This document shows positions 33,269-35,451 of a DNA stretch of 35,451 nucleotides, one piece after another. Source of the DNA: Gemmatimonadota bacterium. Its GTDB lineage: Bacteria; Latescibacterota; UBA2968; UBA8231. The position numbers and the translations under genes are program-made. The notes below the pieces were generated by a model. The model was not told the DNA's origin, made no database searches, and saw nothing but the letters and a program-made list of their open reading frames with translations. Each line of letters opens with the position of its first letter. Positions within the stretch are counted from its first letter, which is position 1. Location of the stretch: assembly GCA_038153405.1 (NCBI GenBank), contig JAYOYH010000047.1:1-35451 (forward strand). Direction: 5' to 3'.

Positions 33269-34464
33269 CAAATGCACCATTTTTCGGCAAAGCGCCGCGC
33301 GATTTCCACATGCATCTGCACGCCGTAGGCAATGGCGTCGTCGTTAAAATCAAAGTCGGGCTGGTGCAGCATGGGATGCGACGAAGCGCCCTTGGACCGC
33401 AGGCCGAGTCCGAACATAAAAGCCGGCACGCGCTGGCCATAAAAGGCGAAGTCCTCAGCACCCATAATGGGCTTTTCTAGCTCCAATGCGGTGATCGTTC
33501 CCGCCAGGGCTTCGCCCACGACTTGTTGGGCAACGGTGCGTGCGCGCGCATCGTTGTGAGTGGCCGGGTAGCCATCTTCAGCAAAGCGCACTTCGGCGCG
33601 TCCACTAAAGGCGGCCGCCGTGTGCTCGGCAATCTGGCGCACGCGGTCCATGGTTCGCTGGCGCGTCTTCTCGCTCAGCGCGCGCACCGTGCCGACCAAC
33701 CTGGCCGTCTGCGGAATAATATTGCTAGCCGATCCGGCCGCAATATGGCCAACGGTGACGACGGCACTGTCGAGCGGATCGGTATTGCGCGCGACGATCG
33801 TCTGCAGTGCTACCACGATCTGCGCCGCAATATATACCGTGTCGATGCCCTGATGCGGGAAGGCGGCGTGGGCGCCCAACCCCTCGACGGCGATTTCGAA
33901 CTCGTCGGCGCTGGCTAGCAGGGCACCCGTGCGCAAAAAGATCTGCCCGATCTCCATATCGGGCGCCCCGTGCAGCCCGAAGATCGCCGCAACCTCGGGT
34001 CCCTCTAACGCACCCTCTTCGCACATGCGCTTGCCGCCAGCGCCGCCCTCCTCGGCCGGCTGAAAAATAAATTTCACCGGCCCCTTCAGCTCGTCGGCGC
34101 ACGCAGCAAGCACCTGCGCCGCCCCGACCAGGCAGGTCGTATGCCCGTCGTGGCCGCAGGCGTGCATGGTGCCGGGTACCTGCGAGCGATAGGCCATCGT
34201 GCCCTGCTCTTCGATCGGCAGCGCATCCATATCGGCGCGCAGTGCCACGCAAGGCCCGTCGCGATCGGCCGCTAGCGTAGCGACAATACCCGTGCCGGCC
34301 ACCCCGGTGCGCAGATCGATGCCGGGGATCTTCTGCAGTTGAGCCAGCACCTGCGCCGCCGTGCGCTCCTCGCGGTAGGCAAGCTCGGGGTGCTGGTGCA
34401 AATCGCGGCGAAAAGCGATGAGATCAGGCAGTACTTCGTCGAGTAACGACGTAATGTCGCGCAC
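33268..34464 (-). CDS. M20D family amidohydrolase (hippurate hydrolase/aminoacylase-like)
   Basis: RRDLHQHPEL...E, LRADMDALPI, MHACGHDGH, FQPAEEG, GLH, HAAFPH, AEDF, LH.PDF. GTG start at 34464 after GGAGAGAGG. Confidence 0.93.
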   Translation of the reverse strand: MRDITSLLDEVLPDLIAFRRDLHQHPELAYREERTAAQVLAQLQKIPGIDLRTGVAGTGIVATLAADRDGPCVALRADMDALPIEEQGTMAYRSQVPGTMHACGHDGHTTCLVGAAQVLAACADELKGPVKFIFQPAEEGGAGGKRMCEEGALEGPEVAAIFGLHGAPDMEIGQIFLRTGALLASADEFEIAVEGLGAHAAFPHQGIDTVYIAAQIVVALQTIVARNTDPLDSAVVTVGHIAAGSASNIIPQTARLVGTVRALSEKTRQRTMDRVRQIAEHTAAAFSGRAEVRFAEDGYPATHNDARARTVAQQVVGEALAGTITALELEKPIMGAEDFAFYGQRVPAFMFGLGLRSKGASSHPMLHQPDFDFNDDAIAYGVQMHVEIARRFAEKWCI

Positions 34465-34539
34465 GGTATTAACCTCTCTCCGCAGCGCACTTTTCCCGCT
34501 TATATCGCAGAGCCTGCGCCTGCTCACACGGGATCGGCG

Positions 34540-35451
34540 CTACCAATTTGTGTAGGAACCATCGCGGCGCTTTAAGTGCGGCGCCTCCCAGTATTTAAAC
34601 TCTTGTTCTACGGCCAACTCCTCGTTGAACTCCACGCCCAGGCCCGGCGCGTCGGGTACTACCAGCATTGATCCCTCCAATCGGACCTGCGTCGGAAACA
34701 GCTCTTCGTCCTGCGACGTGCTCTGCTCGCCGGGCGTTACGCGATGCTCTAGCCAAGCGAAGTTGGGCACAGCCGCCGACATGTGCACAGAAGCGGCCGT
34801 GCAGATGGGCCCCAGCGGATTGTGCGGCATCAGGTCGATGTAGTGCGACTCGGCCAGACTAGCCACCTTCATCGCCTCGGTAAAGCCACCGACGTTGCAA
34901 ATGTCGACGCGCGCAAACTGGGTGATGCCGCGCTCGAGATAGGGCAGGAACTGCCACTTGCTGGCGAATTCCTCGCCAATGGCAAAGGGAATGTCGACCA
35001 TGGTGCGCAGGCTCTCGTAGGCCTCCGGCGATTCGTCGCGGATCGGTTCCTCGATAAAGTCGAGCGTGCCGGCGGGCATGCGTTGACAGAACGAAGCGGT
35101 CTCGGCCACCGTCAGGCGGTGGTGGTAGTCTATGCCGAGCACGGGATCCGGCCCCAGTTCCTCGCGCAGTTCTTTAAACCACGCCGCCGTGATCCCGATC
35201 GTCTCGCGCGGCTCGTAGATGCGCGGGTCATCGTACTGTTTGCTGGCGGCACCGCCGACGCGAATTACGTTCCAATCGAGCCCGATAAGCTCCCTGCACT
35301 TGGCGACCAGCCCCTCCAGCGTGCCGGCGCCCGTCGTAGCAAAGCAGGGAATGAGATCGCGCTGCTTTCCACCGAGCAGCTGATAGACCGGCACGCCCAG
35401 CGCCTTGCCCATGATGTCGTAGAGCGCGATATCGATGGCCGAAATCGCCGC
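34540..35451 (-). CDS. Enolase superfamily acid-sugar dehydratase (ManD/RspA/DgoD-like), 5' partial
   Basis: The frame is open to the window edge (AAISAIDIALYDIMGKALGVPVYQLLGG). Metal ligands DYHH / EEP / GEE, PHNPLGP, and the C-terminal DGSYTNW. Confidence 0.92.
   Translation of the reverse strand, partial: AAISAIDIALYDIMGKALGVPVYQLLGGKQRDLIPCFATTGAGTLEGLVAKCRELIGLDWNVIRVGGAASKQYDDPRIYEPRETIGITAAWFKELREELGPDPVLGIDYHHRLTVAETASFCQRMPAGTLDFIEEPIRDESPEAYESLRTMVDIPFAIGEEFASKWQFLPYLERGITQFARVDICNVGGFTEAMKVASLAESHYIDLMPHNPLGPICTAASVHMSAAVPNFAWLEHRVTPGEQSTSQDEELFPTQVRLEGSMLVVPDAPGLGVEFNEELAVEQEFKYWEAPHLKRRDGSYTNW

Noticed and set aside
1..35451. CRISPR array, IS element, integrase, prophage or tandem repeat array
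   Set aside because: Reading by eye found no regularly spaced repeats, terminal inverted repeats or mobility genes. The intergenic hairpins do not share sequence, so there is no evidence of a REP family.

Overview
GC-rich bacterial chromosomal window with no integrase, transposase, phage or CRISPR signature. The gene content (many PhyH dioxygenases, large secreted proteins ending in a TPNGDGxND/FlgD-Ig domain, sodium:solute symporter) resembles Latescibacterota/FCB-type genomes; this is inference only. From left to right: tRNA-Leu(CAA); a minus-strand nfeD(long)-nfeD(short)-floA-yqfB-like operon; a divergent amidohydrolase coupled to a GT-C-like membrane protein; a Phd/YefM antitoxin and a PIN (VapC) toxin separated by an intact sodium:solute symporter gene; hrpA and a HAD hydrolase; a minus-strand block (bicupin, DUF3500, atypical GH13, FkpA-type PPIase, TIM-barrel isomerase); three PhyH dioxygenases around a PLP enzyme, two paralogous secreted proteins and an orphan nuclease-like gene; and a right-hand catabolic region (lactonase, Udh-like SDR, AT-rich PAS/Cys-His protein, TolB-like propeller, M20 amidohydrolase, partial ManD/RspA-like dehydratase). 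The most unusual features are the transporter inside a toxin-antitoxin module, the secreted paralog pair, and a 460-bp intergenic region that looks like a small RNA locus. All calls come from reading motifs by eye; no database searches were run.
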